A stretch of DNA of 44,702 nucleotides from Candidatus Moanibacter sp. (GCA_965215885.1 CBDCEW010000051.1:1-44702), one strand, 5' to 3'; numbered from the stretch's first letter, positions 19,145 to 29,128 are shown. The notes: generated by a model not told the origin, from the letters alone. Made by a program: numbers and translations.

Positions 19145-20302
19145 TTAACTTGGTGAAACTCCAAGCTGTGTTGGGGTTTTAACGACGGGCATCCTCGCGG
19201 CGCGAATGCATTCATCGAGGATGCCGATACCTTCGGGAATTTCGTCGAGCGGCACTGCGCCGAAGGAGAGGCGAAGATAGGGAATGTCTGCCCCTTCTAC
19301 ATGTAAGATCCGCCCCGGCGAGTGGATGAACCCGCGTTCTGCAGCGAGTTTCTCCAGAACACTGCGATCGACATCATCGGGGAATTTTATCCAGATGAAG
19401 AGCCCTCCGATCGGTCGCGTCCATGAGCAGATATCACCGAGGTATTTCTCCAGCGCCGATAAGGTGGCATCCCGTTTTTCTCGGAGCAAAGCGTTAGTTT
19501 TCTCGCAATGCTCCCAAAGCCTGTCTCGAAAGTAGGCTGCCAGAATGCAAGCGGAGAGCGTGCTGTGGCCGCTGTCGTAGCGGCGATCCAGAATTCTGTC
19601 TAAATAGGGTGGACGGGCGTAGAAATATCCTAGGCGCACCCCAGCTCCGAGAATCTTGGAGAGCGAAGAGAGGTAGATGTGCCGCGGGGCATCGTCGAGG
19701 GCGTAGAGAGCTGGTGGCTTCTCCCCTTCGTAGTGGACGTCGCCGTAGCAATTGTCTTCTACCACTATAATATCGTACTTACGCGCCACCTCGATTAACT
19801 GGCGCCTTCTCTCAATCGGCATGACGACACCCGTCGGATTGTGGTAGGTTGGGATCGTATAAATGAATGCCGGCCGGGTACCCTTGTTTCGGAGCGTGTT
19901 GAGGGTGCACTCCAGAGCCTCAATCTTCATTCCCTTATCGTCGATGGGAATGCCAATGAGTCTCGCACCCAGCCTCTTGTAAGCGCGAATCGTCCCCATG
20001 TAGGTAAGTTCCTCCAACACGATGACATCGCCGGGACCGGACATAAGTGCTTCCGCCATGAGGGTGACGGCTTGCATGGAGCCGTTCGTTAGCGAGATAT
20101 GGTCAGGAGAAACAGTTACGCCTTCACGGTCCATCTCTCGCTGTGCCATCACTTCTCGCAGCCCTTGATGGCCCAGATCTCCTGGATAGAGAATGAAATC
20201 CGTCCCGACTTCAGTGATTCCCTGCTTTGCCGCGTCAATCAGTTCAGAGACAGGGAAAGTCTCTCTGGCGGCGTGACCACCGGTGAAATTGTAGGTTTTC
20301 AT
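19145..20302 (-). CDS. PLP-dependent aminotransferase class I/II (ARO8/LysN-like, no GntR HTH)
   Basis: LTNGSMQA, YTIPTYHNPTG, VEDNCY, SSLSKILGAGVRLG (PLP lysine), GGLFIW, LRLSF. Confidence 0.92.
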   Translation of the reverse strand: MKTYNFTGGHAARETFPVSELIDAAKQGITEVGTDFILYPGDLGHQGLREVMAQREMDREGVTVSPDHISLTNGSMQAVTLMAEALMSGPGDVIVLEELTYMGTIRAYKRLGARLIGIPIDDKGMKIEALECTLNTLRNKGTRPAFIYTIPTYHNPTGVVMPIERRRQLIEVARKYDIIVVEDNCYGDVHYEGEKPPALYALDDAPRHIYLSSLSKILGAGVRLGYFYARPPYLDRILDRRYDSGHSTLSACILAAYFRDRLWEHCEKTNALLREKRDATLSALEKYLGDICSWTRPIGGLFIWIKFPDDVDRSVLEKLAAERGFIHSPGRILHVEGADIPYLRLSFGAVPLDEIPEGIGILDECIRAARMPVVKTPTQLGVSPS

Positions 20303-20430
20303 TAGCGACGGACTAGTGGAAAACGGGAGTAATCGAACTTAGCTGGTCCTGTGCTGCCTACCGTAGAGGCGGAATATTCCTGAGACAGAATGGCGGAGTG
20401 ATTCGTTGATCTCTTTTTGGCTACTTTGAT

Positions 20431-20631
20431 TTAGTCTGAAAATTCCCCGCAGTTTTCTACGAGGTCGCTACCCACACCCCAACGGTTGTTGGCATAAGAA
20501 CCGAAGTAGCCGACAGAGATGAGTTCCGGGCGATCCTCGGAAACCCTTGCGACCCATTGCCGAAGTGCTGATTTTACGGTCGCTGGATCAGGCCATTTGA
20601 GGACGGACGATTTCGATGATCTCACTGGCAT
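20431..20631 (-). pseudogene. Truncated minimal nucleotidyltransferase (MNT)
   Basis: YFGSYA...WGVGSDL motif; the expected second Asp (DxD) is missing and the ORF stops at 66 aa; overlaps the 3' end of the HEPN gene. Confidence 0.8.
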
Positions 20632-21013
20632 AGCTGATAGCTTCGTTACTCTGGAGTTGACTGTAATGTTCGAAAGGAGCGCCTTCCGGGTGGCCGTTAG
20701 GGTATCGTGGGGCTATATAGTAAGCGTCAAGAACGTGGGACTTTTCGATGACGCCTTCTGCAATTTGAGCCTCATTTGGCAGTTCCTTAAGGAGATTGGC
20801 GCAGACATTTCCCCAAGCCTCTTGACCATGGTGCAGGTGGAGAGCCTTGATCGCCTTTTCGGTGGCCTGATGCGCCGCGAAACAGGCCCATTCGTGCCTG
20901 CCCTCCCGTTGTGAATCGGAGGCTTGCGCGAGATCACGCTCGGCCTGGCGAAACCAATCTGAAGACCGATTCGGAATAATGGGGATGTAGAGTGTAGAAG
21001 GAGTGATGGTCAT
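20588..21013 (-). CDS. HEPN domain protein
   Basis: DWFRQAERDL, EWACFAAHQATEKAIKAL, LDAYYIAPRYPNGH (Rx4H); paired with MNT. Start uncertain: the conserved part begins at (I)PNRSSDW, ~20977. Confidence 0.9.
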   Translation of the reverse strand: MTITPSTLYIPIIPNRSSDWFRQAERDLAQASDSQREGRHEWACFAAHQATEKAIKALHLHHGQEAWGNVCANLLKELPNEAQIAEGVIEKSHVLDAYYIAPRYPNGHPEGAPFEHYSQLQSNEAISYASEIIEIVRPQMA

Positions 21014-21119
21014 GCAAGCTAACAGCTTAACCCACGCTTCTCGTTGGTAATCGAATCTTGCGAATACTGGATTGCCACGGGCTAGCTTCAGACCTCACTA
21101 TATTGCCCCTCTAAAGGCA

Positions 21120-23333
21120 CTATACAATCGCAAGTTTAAATCCCGATTTTTTGCCCAGTCGGAAGATGATTCTTCGGCCTGAACCGTCGGGCATCAGTAA
21201 GGGCTTCTCATTGAGAGTTTGCAGATACTCAAGCACCACCGCCTGCACCCGAGGGGGATAAGTTGCGGTGGGGAATAAATGCGCTTCGACCGCACAGCCC
21301 CTCTCTATAAGAACGCCGTCACTGTGAGTCAAATTGCGAAACAGATCGTGGTCGTCACGATAGTTGTTGTAGCGAGCTTTAAAGGGTTCGAGCTGCTTGT
21401 AGAAGCTGTTACGGGCGAAGATTTTCAAGGCATCCATGAGGGACTTGTTAGCGGTGTCCAGGCGGACATAGTTTTCATCAATGAGGCGCTGCAGCCTCGA
21501 GCATTCGGTGTCGATTTGCTCCAGTTCGAGTTGGAGGGCTTTGAGGGCCTGATCGAGTCGACGGATCTTTTCGCCCCTTGAGGCGCTTTTGCCCGGGTGG
21601 GCATGCTCGGCCAGGAGCAGTCTTTTCAATTCTTCGGTGCATTGCTGTTTTTGCTTCAGGAGGGCTTTGGCGGCACCGCTTTTCTCCTGCTTGTCCTCAA
21701 GGTGTTGGGCTAATCGCTTGTAGTGGACGGTGCGATAAGAGGTGATCTGATTAATCCCAAAGTGCTTATCGAGGTATTTGAAGTCATTCTCCTGAATCCA
21801 GCGACTGAACATCCCTTTGATTACCTCTTCATTTCGGGCCTGCTGATCGGTCGCCAGGATGCTCACGGTAATGGTTCGATTTTTTGGATTGGTCGCCTCC
21901 ACGATCCACTGCACCAGTTGAGGATTTTTCTTCCAGGGGCCCCGCTGATAGCGAAGATGATACTCCTGGAGATCTTCGGCATGGTTGCGCGCGCGCTGCA
22001 GGCGCAACTGCCCGTCGATCCGTTGGAGGGGCTGGGCGCTGGCCTTGTAACCTTTTTCCCAGGTAATGATTTCGAGTTGAGGATGCTCCACGATGGCTTC
22101 GTAAAACCACTCCGCGGCGATCGCCCGGTCCACGTAAATGCTCACCTTCTTATCAGCCGGCAACTGCACCAGCTCGAGCATCGCTTCGCAGTTGGGGATA
22201 AACCGTTCCCTTATATCCTCATAGTTGTCAGTGCTCGCAAAATAGACCGGATAGCCCTTGAGGGTATGAATAAAATCGCTGTGGAGCGCTTTGTCGGCCA
22301 GACGGATACCCGGACACCATCCCGCCAGCACCTTGCTCATTCCGGTGTAATGTTTGGTGTGCGGATCATAATAAAAGCTCTCTTCATCCGAAGCATTCAG
22401 GCCCCTCGCGTTCACTCTGAGGATCTCTCTTAAAAGCCCTTCATCGGCCAGGGCGCTAAGGCTTTGGCGTTGCAGATAGGGGGTATACAGGACTCGCCCG
22501 ATGAGTTTTTGCAGGTCTTCGAGATCGAGCAGTTTGCTCTGCTCGATATTGACCGCGGCCAACAACCCGCAAGCCACCCATTGTTTCAAAAGCCAGCCCT
22601 CTTCGCGATCAATCTGAGCGACTTCTCTGAGCGCGGCACTGAACAGAAGTACTCCCAGGTGCCGATACCATTGCACCGCTTCGGAGCTCTCCCTCGAAAA
22701 ATCGGGAGACTCCTTGCGATTGTCCCCTTCGCTTTCGGGGCTATTTTCTGCTTCTTGCTCCTGTTCGTCCCTCCCCGAGTCCTCCGGGCAATCCCAGGGA
22801 GTCTCCCGATTTTGCGCCCTCTCGGCTTCGGCCTCCTTTGCCCGGGCCTCTTTAAGCTCCTTAAAGACAGGGCGCAAAGTTTCCCCACTGAGGTTAACTC
22901 CGAACACCTCCTCGATCTCCCCCCGTATCTTCTTGCTGTAGCCATACCGACTCTCCCCATAGATCTGCCCGAAGCGCACCCGCCCAAAACTCCGGATTTC
23001 CCTCGTCAATTTGCGATGAGCGCTGCGTCCCGCCAGCACTCGCGCTAAGGTCTCGGCATCTCCGCTTTGAAGCGCCTCCCCCCACCGCTTCATCGTTTTG
23101 GGGTCAACCTCAAATTGCTTCTCTAAGCGCCCTTTCTTCAACCCCGCATTGTAGAGGCGCCCCCCAATAGCTTGAATTCAACTTGCTCCCGATCGTCCTC
23201 TACGACTTCAAAAAGCTCATGCCCGTAATAGACGTGCACTCAGATCCCGATAGACCGTGATCGAGGGATGACCCTTGTCCACTCCAAGGATGCACTGTAA
23301 GAAGGTCTCTTCTTTGACGGTAGGTTTCTCCAT
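21120..23333 (-). pseudogene. Putative transposase (~740 aa when reconstructed); 673-aa body intact, 5' end damaged
   Basis: N-terminal HTH (FEVDPKTMKRWGEAL); candidate catalytic motifs YYDPHTKHYTG, YVDRA, MFSRWIQENDFKY; coiled-coil insertion. The 5' part (ATG 23333) has an 11-bp deletion and a 1-nt loss in the C-run at 23160-23165. Confidence 0.75.
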
Positions 23334-23384
23334 TTTTCTTCGAATTTGATGGTTCGAAGATGAAGCCTACCGTTTTCTTTAGCT
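23168..23384. repeat. 217-bp direct repeat, copy A (copy B at 25269-25496)
   Basis: Identical to 25269-25496 except for the missing GTTTGCCTTCG (11 bp) and one substitution (GGATGACC versus GGATTACC). Confidence 0.95.
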
Positions 23385-25268
23385 TTAAGGTTCTCCGCCA
23401 CGGGCGGACCAGCCTATGGCTGGCAGGTTTCGGGTTTTAGGCTGCCGGCGCTGCCGATGAGCAGGTATTGAGCGGCCATCGGCGTGGCTTGCTGCACAAT
23501 ACGTATATTTGCCGCTGTCTGGAGGCATACTCATCCCGTGGTGCTTTTTTCTCTGAGCTTCAAAGCGGTCAGATTCAGGCTGCCTGTTCCAGTTCCTCCC
23601 CTCGGCGTTTCTTCATCAGTATGATGCGGCAGAAGTTGTAGGCCAGAACCTTCTCGAGCAGTTCATCGCCTACCGCATCGATGCCGCGGCGGCCGAGTTC
23701 GCCAAAGGCAAATCCATCTTTAATCGTGAACATCAGCGACTCCACTGCGGAGCGATCGCGGCGTGCCTCGCGATACGCCTCGCTCTCCCAGTCCTCGGGG
23801 GTGGTCAACTTCTTGCCCTTCGCCCCACTGATACTGATCTGCTTTACCCCCATGCTCAGCACCTCCTTGCGTCCCTTCGCCGAAGCATATCCGTCATCGG
23901 TGCTGACCAGTTCAGCAATGACACCGGTGCGCTTGATCGAATCGCCGATGGCCGGCGCCAGCTCAATGGAGTCTGCCGCGTTGCCTTGCGGTACGATCAG
24001 GCTGGTGACAAAACCGTTTTCGCTGCGAACCAGTTGTGGCTTGTACCCGATCACTGGATTGCGGCTGCCCTTCTTGATGTAGGCCGCCGATCCGTCCGAG
24101 AGGCTCAGGACCTTCTGTGTGGACGGTAGCTTCTTTTCGTGAAACACCCGATCATGAGCATACTCAACAACCCGCTTGGCGTCGGCAATATCGCCCCTGA
24201 TCTGGCTCAATGCCCGCTCCAGAAGCTCCCGGCGAGTGGGAGGCAGTGAATCCATCGACAGGCCCTCTTCAAGATGGCTCAGTTCCCCCGTTAGTGAGTC
24301 GGCCGCCTTGCGGCCCCGCTTGAGCAACCGCCGGTAGTGTTTCTTCAGCTTGCCCTTCGACTTCGGTTTGCCCGCGGCCAGACAAATCTGAAACTCCAGC
24401 TTGTCCATTTCCTCCAGCCAACGCCCAACCCATCCCTTGCGAAAATCCTCCAGCCCGAAGACATGCAACTTCTGACCCAAACGATTGGCCCGCATCAAAA
24501 GACCGCTCAGAATCTTCCCATCGGTGGGCCAGCAGCTGTTTGCTTTCACCGAGGTGCTGTCGATCGTCAGCTTCCCGAAATCGTCCCATTGCTCCTGGAG
24601 GATAAACCCAATCTGTTTATCAAAGATCAACTCGCGGGTCGTATGGCTGACCAGGTTCACGTTCTCCAGAATCGTCGTCACCGCCGGCATTCTCAGTCCC
24701 CCGCTCTGCAAAAATCCGTACAAGCTCATCGACTCGCGCACAAACCGCCGTGCCGGTTTCGTGGTCAACGAACCCAGAAACCCTCGAATCATCACGAACA
24801 CGTATACCGCATAAGCCGGCATCCGCGGCCGGCCTGCCCCAAGATTCAATTCAGCAGCCAGAATATTCTCCTCCTCGATGTCCAGCTCCGGCAGCTCCGC
24901 TGTGCGCCCTTCAAAGAACCTGCGATCTTCCAATCGAAGTTTCTTCTTCTCACGCGCATGGGCGTCCAGATCCTTCTCGATCGCCTCGATGATTTGCGCC
25001 GCGAACCCGGCCAATTCTTCAACTTCATCCAGAAAATCACGGAAATCCGTGTCTGGAACCGGCAGAATGAGGTTGCTAAGGGGCGTCTTATCGCTTTTGT
25101 TCTCCTCTGTCGCACATGTTGGCATGTTTAACTCCTTTCTTAATCTTAGGTTGTTAAACACTAGCATGTTGCGACACTTTTTATCAAGCCAAAAAATGAT
25201 TTTTCTCAAGTTTTTCTTGCGCCTTTTGCGCCTCTTTGCGGCCAATCAGTAGCTTTTCGGATAAGGTC
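23384..25268 (-). mobile_element. IS5/ISNCY-like insertion sequence, copy 1 (lacks the terminal 32 bp, including one TIR)
   Basis: Near-identical to 41868-43752 (offset 18484); ends GCTTTTCGGATAAGGTC at 25268, followed by TAGCTT. Confidence 0.92.
23575..25125 (-). CDS. DDE transposase (IS5/ISNCY-like), 516 aa
   Basis: GRPRMP, TIDSTSVKANSCWPTD, STDDGYAS, RSAVESLMFTIK. Start set at ATG 25125 (MPTCATEE), preceded by AGAAAGGAG. Confidence 0.9.
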   Translation of the reverse strand: MPTCATEENKSDKTPLSNLILPVPDTDFRDFLDEVEELAGFAAQIIEAIEKDLDAHAREKKKLRLEDRRFFEGRTAELPELDIEEENILAAELNLGAGRPRMPAYAVYVFVMIRGFLGSLTTKPARRFVRESMSLYGFLQSGGLRMPAVTTILENVNLVSHTTRELIFDKQIGFILQEQWDDFGKLTIDSTSVKANSCWPTDGKILSGLLMRANRLGQKLHVFGLEDFRKGWVGRWLEEMDKLEFQICLAAGKPKSKGKLKKHYRRLLKRGRKAADSLTGELSHLEEGLSMDSLPPTRRELLERALSQIRGDIADAKRVVEYAHDRVFHEKKLPSTQKVLSLSDGSAAYIKKGSRNPVIGYKPQLVRSENGFVTSLIVPQGNAADSIELAPAIGDSIKRTGVIAELVSTDDGYASAKGRKEVLSMGVKQISISGAKGKKLTTPEDWESEAYREARRDRSAVESLMFTIKDGFAFGELGRRGIDAVGDELLEKVLAYNFCRIILMKKRRGEELEQAA

Positions 25269-25445
25269 TAGCTTGAATTCAACTTGCTCCCGATCGTCCT
25301 CTACGACTTCAAAAAGCTCATGCCCGTAATAGACGTGCAGTTTGCCTTCGCTCAGATCCCGATAGACCGTGATCGAGGGATTACCCTTGTCCACTCCAAG
25401 GATGCACTGTAAGAAGGTCTCTTCTTTGACGGTAGGTTTCTCCAT
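25269..25445 (-). pseudogene. Intact 5' 59 codons of the large transposase, cut by the nested IS (within repeat copy B, 25269-25496)
   Basis: MEKPTV...EQVEFKL ends exactly at the nested IS boundary (25268/25269). The sequence continues as L-x-GRLYNAG-LKKGR from 23167 downward. Confidence 0.85.
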
Positions 25446-25871
25446 TTTTCTTCGAATTTGATGGTTCGAAGATGAAGCCTACCGTTTTCTTTAGCTCTTA
25501 AAAGCCGGGAATTGTATCTGCGATTGCCCCCTGCCCGCCAACCCGCATGATAGCGAGTTCTGAGCTTATAGCAGACCTCGCAATGACACTCTCACTCATC
25601 CTGTCTTCGATAGCTGGCTGCCCAGGTCTTGCCTTGCCTCGGCGAAGCCTTTCGCGAAAGGGGGGCGGGGAAGGAAACTGGTGTGTGGCAAGAAATGTGC
25701 GCCACCCCGGCACAATACCGGGGCAGCCCTAAAACACCCCATACACGTAGAGCGAATGGCGAAGACGCCTGCGCGGGATGTTTTCATATTGATTCACCGT
25801 TTCGAGAGACGTCGGGGGACTTGACGATTCGATTCTCCCTGACAGTCTGATCATTTTCTCCGCGGCACTCT

Positions 25872-28383
25872 ATGAATGGACGTTATCTACTCGCTTCAAT
25901 TCTCGTTCTCGCGAATGGGGCGTTCTCTCCGCTGCTGACTGCGTCTCAAGAAGGCAGTGAGGTATTTCTACGCGATCCGTTCACCTGGAGCACGGTAGAC
26001 ACAGATTTCGGAACTGGAATTGGAGGCAGCTTCTGGGGAGTTGGCAGCGGCGTCTTGATCGTAGCGGGTGGGGAAACGCAGGCATTGGCGGGAGAGACTG
26101 CTTTCAGCGATGCGATTCGACTGAGATCTCTGGATGCTGACCGCCCCATATCAGCTGTAAGCGAGAGCGTTCTGAAAAGACCGACGGCGCATGGTGCGTC
26201 GGCCAGTACTCCGGATGGTATAATCTGCGTCGGCGGAATTACGCGCGATGGTGTCAGCAGAGAGGTGTTTCGAATCCGATACGATCCGGTAGCCAGAGAC
26301 GTCATACTTGAGGGACTCCCCCCATTGCCTGAGGCAAGCGCATTCGCGGGAGCGGTCTTGCACGATTCGATTCTCTATGTCGTGGGCGGGAGTTCGGCGC
26401 AAGACGGATCCTCTCCTTCGAATTCCGTGTGGGTCCTGGACCTCGGAGACTACGAAGGGGTGCCGGCCGAGTGGCAACAGCTGGACTCGTGGCCGGGAGA
26501 GGGGAGGCTGTCTCCCCTGGTGTCGGTTCGGTTCAATGGGTTTAGCGACTTCCTCATTCTTGTGGGGGGAACCACTTCGAATGGAATGCCTCCACGTGAG
26601 GTATTCGGCTTCGATTTCAAAAAGAAAATGTGGACGAAATTGAGGGACTTGCCAGAGCCCGTCCGAATTCGATCGGCGATTGAAGTTGGTGTGGCACACG
26701 TGTTTGCCCTGACCGATAGCGATACCTCAGGCCGACTTTCGTTCCTCGCCTATCACACCATAACGGACACCTGGACGAGAACGGAGCCATTACCGGTGGA
26801 GGGCATTCCGCTCGTGGCACTAAAGGATGACGATTCTCTTGTGCTCGTGACGGAAGGAAAGCACAGGCGCCTCGAGATTTCGACTGGAGTGCCTCCAAGG
26901 GTCGGTAAAGGAATGCACGTCATCGATAATCTGATCGTATTGGGATACATCGCAGTTCTCATCTTTCTGGGTTACCACTTTTCGGGGAGGGAGAAGACGA
27001 CGGACGATTTCTTTCGAGGTGGAAAGAGGATTTCCGGATGGGTCGCGGGGATCAGTATTCTCGGCACGCGCTGGAGTGCGATCTCCTTCATGTCGATACC
27101 GGCCAAAGCTTTCGCGACAAACTGGGTTTATTATATCACCCAGTTTGGCCACGTCATTGCCGCCTTTGTCGTGGTGCGTTACATCCTCACGTTTTTTTGC
27201 AAACTCAACGTCACAACCGCCTACGAGTATCTGGACAGGAGATTCGGCTTTGTCGTCCGGAGTATCGGAAGCATCAAGTTTGTCCTTTTCGATATCTTTC
27301 GCATGGGGGTGCTTATTCTCCTCCCTTCGATGGTCCTTTCCGTAATCACGGGCATCCATATCTACTACTGCATTCTTGTTATTGGAGTCGTTTCAACGCT
27401 CTACACCTATCTCGGGGGGATCGAGGCGGTGATATGGTCGGATGTGATGCAACTTTGTATTATGATCGGTGGCGTTCTCATTGCCATCGGGGTTGCCCTT
27501 GCCCGGGTGGACGATCCGATTTCCGCTTTCAGGTTCGCTGCCGAGAGTGGGAAGACAGAGGTCTTCGATTTGAGGTTCAGCCTGACCACCCTAACAGTCT
27601 GGGTGTTTCTCTTGAGCCTTCCAGGCTCGGCCAACGAGGAAGTATCCGCCCAGTACATTTGTTCAGCGGTTCGTCTCGGCAAAAGATCAGAGCCACGCCG
27701 CCACGAGTGCCTGGATTAATGGCGTCGTCGGCCCGATGTTGATCTTCAGTTTCTTCTTGATGGGTACGGCGATGTGGATCTTCTACCAGGCCCATCCGGA
27801 AGAGTTGAATCCATTGATGCGTCAACCGGATGAAGTCCTCGCATGGTTCGTTGTCGAACAGCTACCGGTCGGAATCTCGGGACTCATGATCGGGGCCATC
27901 TTCGCCGCCACCATGTCCAGTCTGGACAGTGCCCTGAGCAGCACCACTACCGTCATTATCAACGATGGGTATCGTTGCTTCAAATCCGATGTGAATGAGG
28001 CTTCTGCCATGAAAGCTGCGAGGCGTCTCACTTTTCTTCTCGGGGTTGTGGGAACAGGATCAGCGCTCATCCTGGCCGTTATGCAGGTGCGTTCTCTGCT
28101 CGACTATACGCTCGAGTTGCTCGCTCTTCTTGGGGGCGGTTTGGCCGGAATCTTTTACCTGGGGATGTTTACGACAAGAGCGGGAAGTCGTGGCGCGATC
28201 ATTGGATTTATCGCCAGCGTTGTCGTGCTTGCCTTTTTCAAATTTGGCACCGATTTCAGCTTCTTTCTCTACGGTGCGGTTGGTGTAGTTTCGTGTATTG
28301 TGGTCGGGTACACGGTGAGTCTTCTGTTCCCTGAAGAGCAGCGAGATCTCAGGGGTCTGACGGTGCATACGTTGGAGGAGTAG
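25872..28383 (+). pseudogene. Kelch/NanM-like beta-propeller fused to a sodium:solute symporter (SiaT-like), with a +1 frameshift at ~27657-27660
   Basis: Signal peptide and Kelch GG repeats, then SSS motifs (DDFFRGG, SAISFMSIP, TAYEYLDRRFG, GGIEAVIWSD). Removing one base from TACATTTGTTCAGCGG restores QY.VQRF.SAK in frame with 27736-28383 (GAIFAATMSSLDS); ~836 aa. May be a sequencing indel. Confidence 0.88.
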
Positions 28384-28396
28384 GGCATATTTCGCC

Positions 28397-28501
28397 GAAG
28401 CCGCGCTCGTGAGAGCGTGGGATGGCTTTTCCACCACCTTCTAACGAAGGCGGCTACGACGCAGGGCGTATGAAAGGGTAGCCGCGCTCGTCAGAGGGTG
28501 G
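28397..28501. repeat. GTAG-type REP cluster 1 (three 24-bp REPs, alternating orientation)
   Basis: GAAGCCGCGCTCGTGAGAGCGTGG (28397-28420, +), GTAGCCGCCTTCGTTAGAAGGTGG (28434-28457, -), GTAGCCGCGCTCGTCAGAGGGTGG (28478-28501, +). Confidence 0.9.
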
Positions 28502-28517
28502 CGCGTGCCGCGAGGGC

Positions 28518-28771
28518 TCAGCGCTCTTTCTCCGACATAGTAGCCAGAATCCTCCAGAACTTCCCCCAGTAATTCTGTTTCCACGGAGTCAGGTCTGGAT
28601 ACCCGGCGACAAGGCAGCGCGTGTAGGGATAGTCTTCAGCCTTGCTCACAATCCTAGCACGAACTGGATTCTGCGCGATATAATAGACGAGACTTTCTAC
28701 CGCATTCCTTTGCCGATCCTTTTCTCGCAGGACGTTATCGTAGGATTACTTTTGTAATATCCATTCAACTG
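28518..28771 (-). pseudogene. C-terminal remnant of a REP-associated tyrosine transposase (RAYT/TnpA-REP)
   Basis: Manual translation (not in ORF track): WILQK*SYDNVLREKDRQRNAVESLVYYIAQNPVRARIVSKAEDYPYTRCLVAGYPDLTPW..FWR. It has the Y1 motifs Q..YD.VLR and YI..NPVRA..V....YPY, one in-frame stop and no HUH half. It ends 16 bp from REP cluster 1. Confidence 0.85.
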
Positions 28772-28879
28772 TTCACGCAAAGTCGCAAAGGGAGGAGGGG
28801 AAGCTGTAAAGTCTCTTGTCGTGAATCATAATCGTGATCTGAAGTCGAAAGAAGAAAAGATCGACGGGAGAGCACGATT

Positions 28880-29115
28880 GTGAGACACGATGAGCAACCG
28901 CCTGGGTCCAGGTATTGACGAACGTGTCAAGATAGCGCCCATCCGAATGCGCGTAAAAGGGATGATCCTGGTGCATCGCCGATTCGGTCGTGCGGCCATA
29001 CAATCCGTCGCTGAACGATTAGAAATCGCGTCGACGGAGTCAAGCGCTTCGTAGCCGACCAGCAGCTCGTCGAACCCGTCGTTGATGATATCAATAAAGC
29101 GCGGGCTGTGGCCCA
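28880..29115 (-). pseudogene. Possible degraded fragment of an FG-GAP/beta-propeller carbohydrate-active protein
   Basis: FIDIINDGFDELLVGY resembles a DxxxDGxDE Ca-binding loop; frameshifted, and bounded by a MITE-like end at 29116. Confidence 0.3.
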
Positions 29116-29128
29116 ATCCGACAGATTA

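Larger units (their letters stand above)
21088..25563 (-). mobile_element. IS-like element with a large putative DDE transposase (Transposase_29-like), interrupted by a second IS
   Basis: Left end TCAGACCTCACTATATTGC versus reverse complement of right end TCAGAACTCGCTATCATGC (15/19 identical). GCT direct repeat at 21085-21087 and 25564-25566. The flanks rejoin into one REP-like palindrome arm. Confidence 0.8.

Noticed and set aside
20588..21013. HEPN, VapC and DUF4143 genes as a defence island
   Set aside because: They are scattered over 16 kb, two of the three loci are decayed, and they are common TA-type singletons with no multi-gene defence operon.
23386..23574. ~220-bp non-coding 3' region of the IS as a guide or bridge-like RNA
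   Set aside because: The transposase is DDE-type with TIRs and a duplication, there is no TnpB/IscB/IS110 gene, and I saw no convincing structure.
24337..25131. Long antisense ORFs (264 aa in both IS copies; 21723-22433; 31970-32608 and others)
   Set aside because: Shadow frames opposite well-supported genes, with no motifs.
25126..25245. 40-aa basic N-terminal extension (MAAKRRKRRKK) of the transposase given by the ORF track
   Set aside because: It is a translation of the CGCAAAG repeat and promoter region. A strong SD (AGAAAGGAG) precedes ATG 25125, and a TTGATA-N18-TAGTGT promoter-like sequence lies within the extension.
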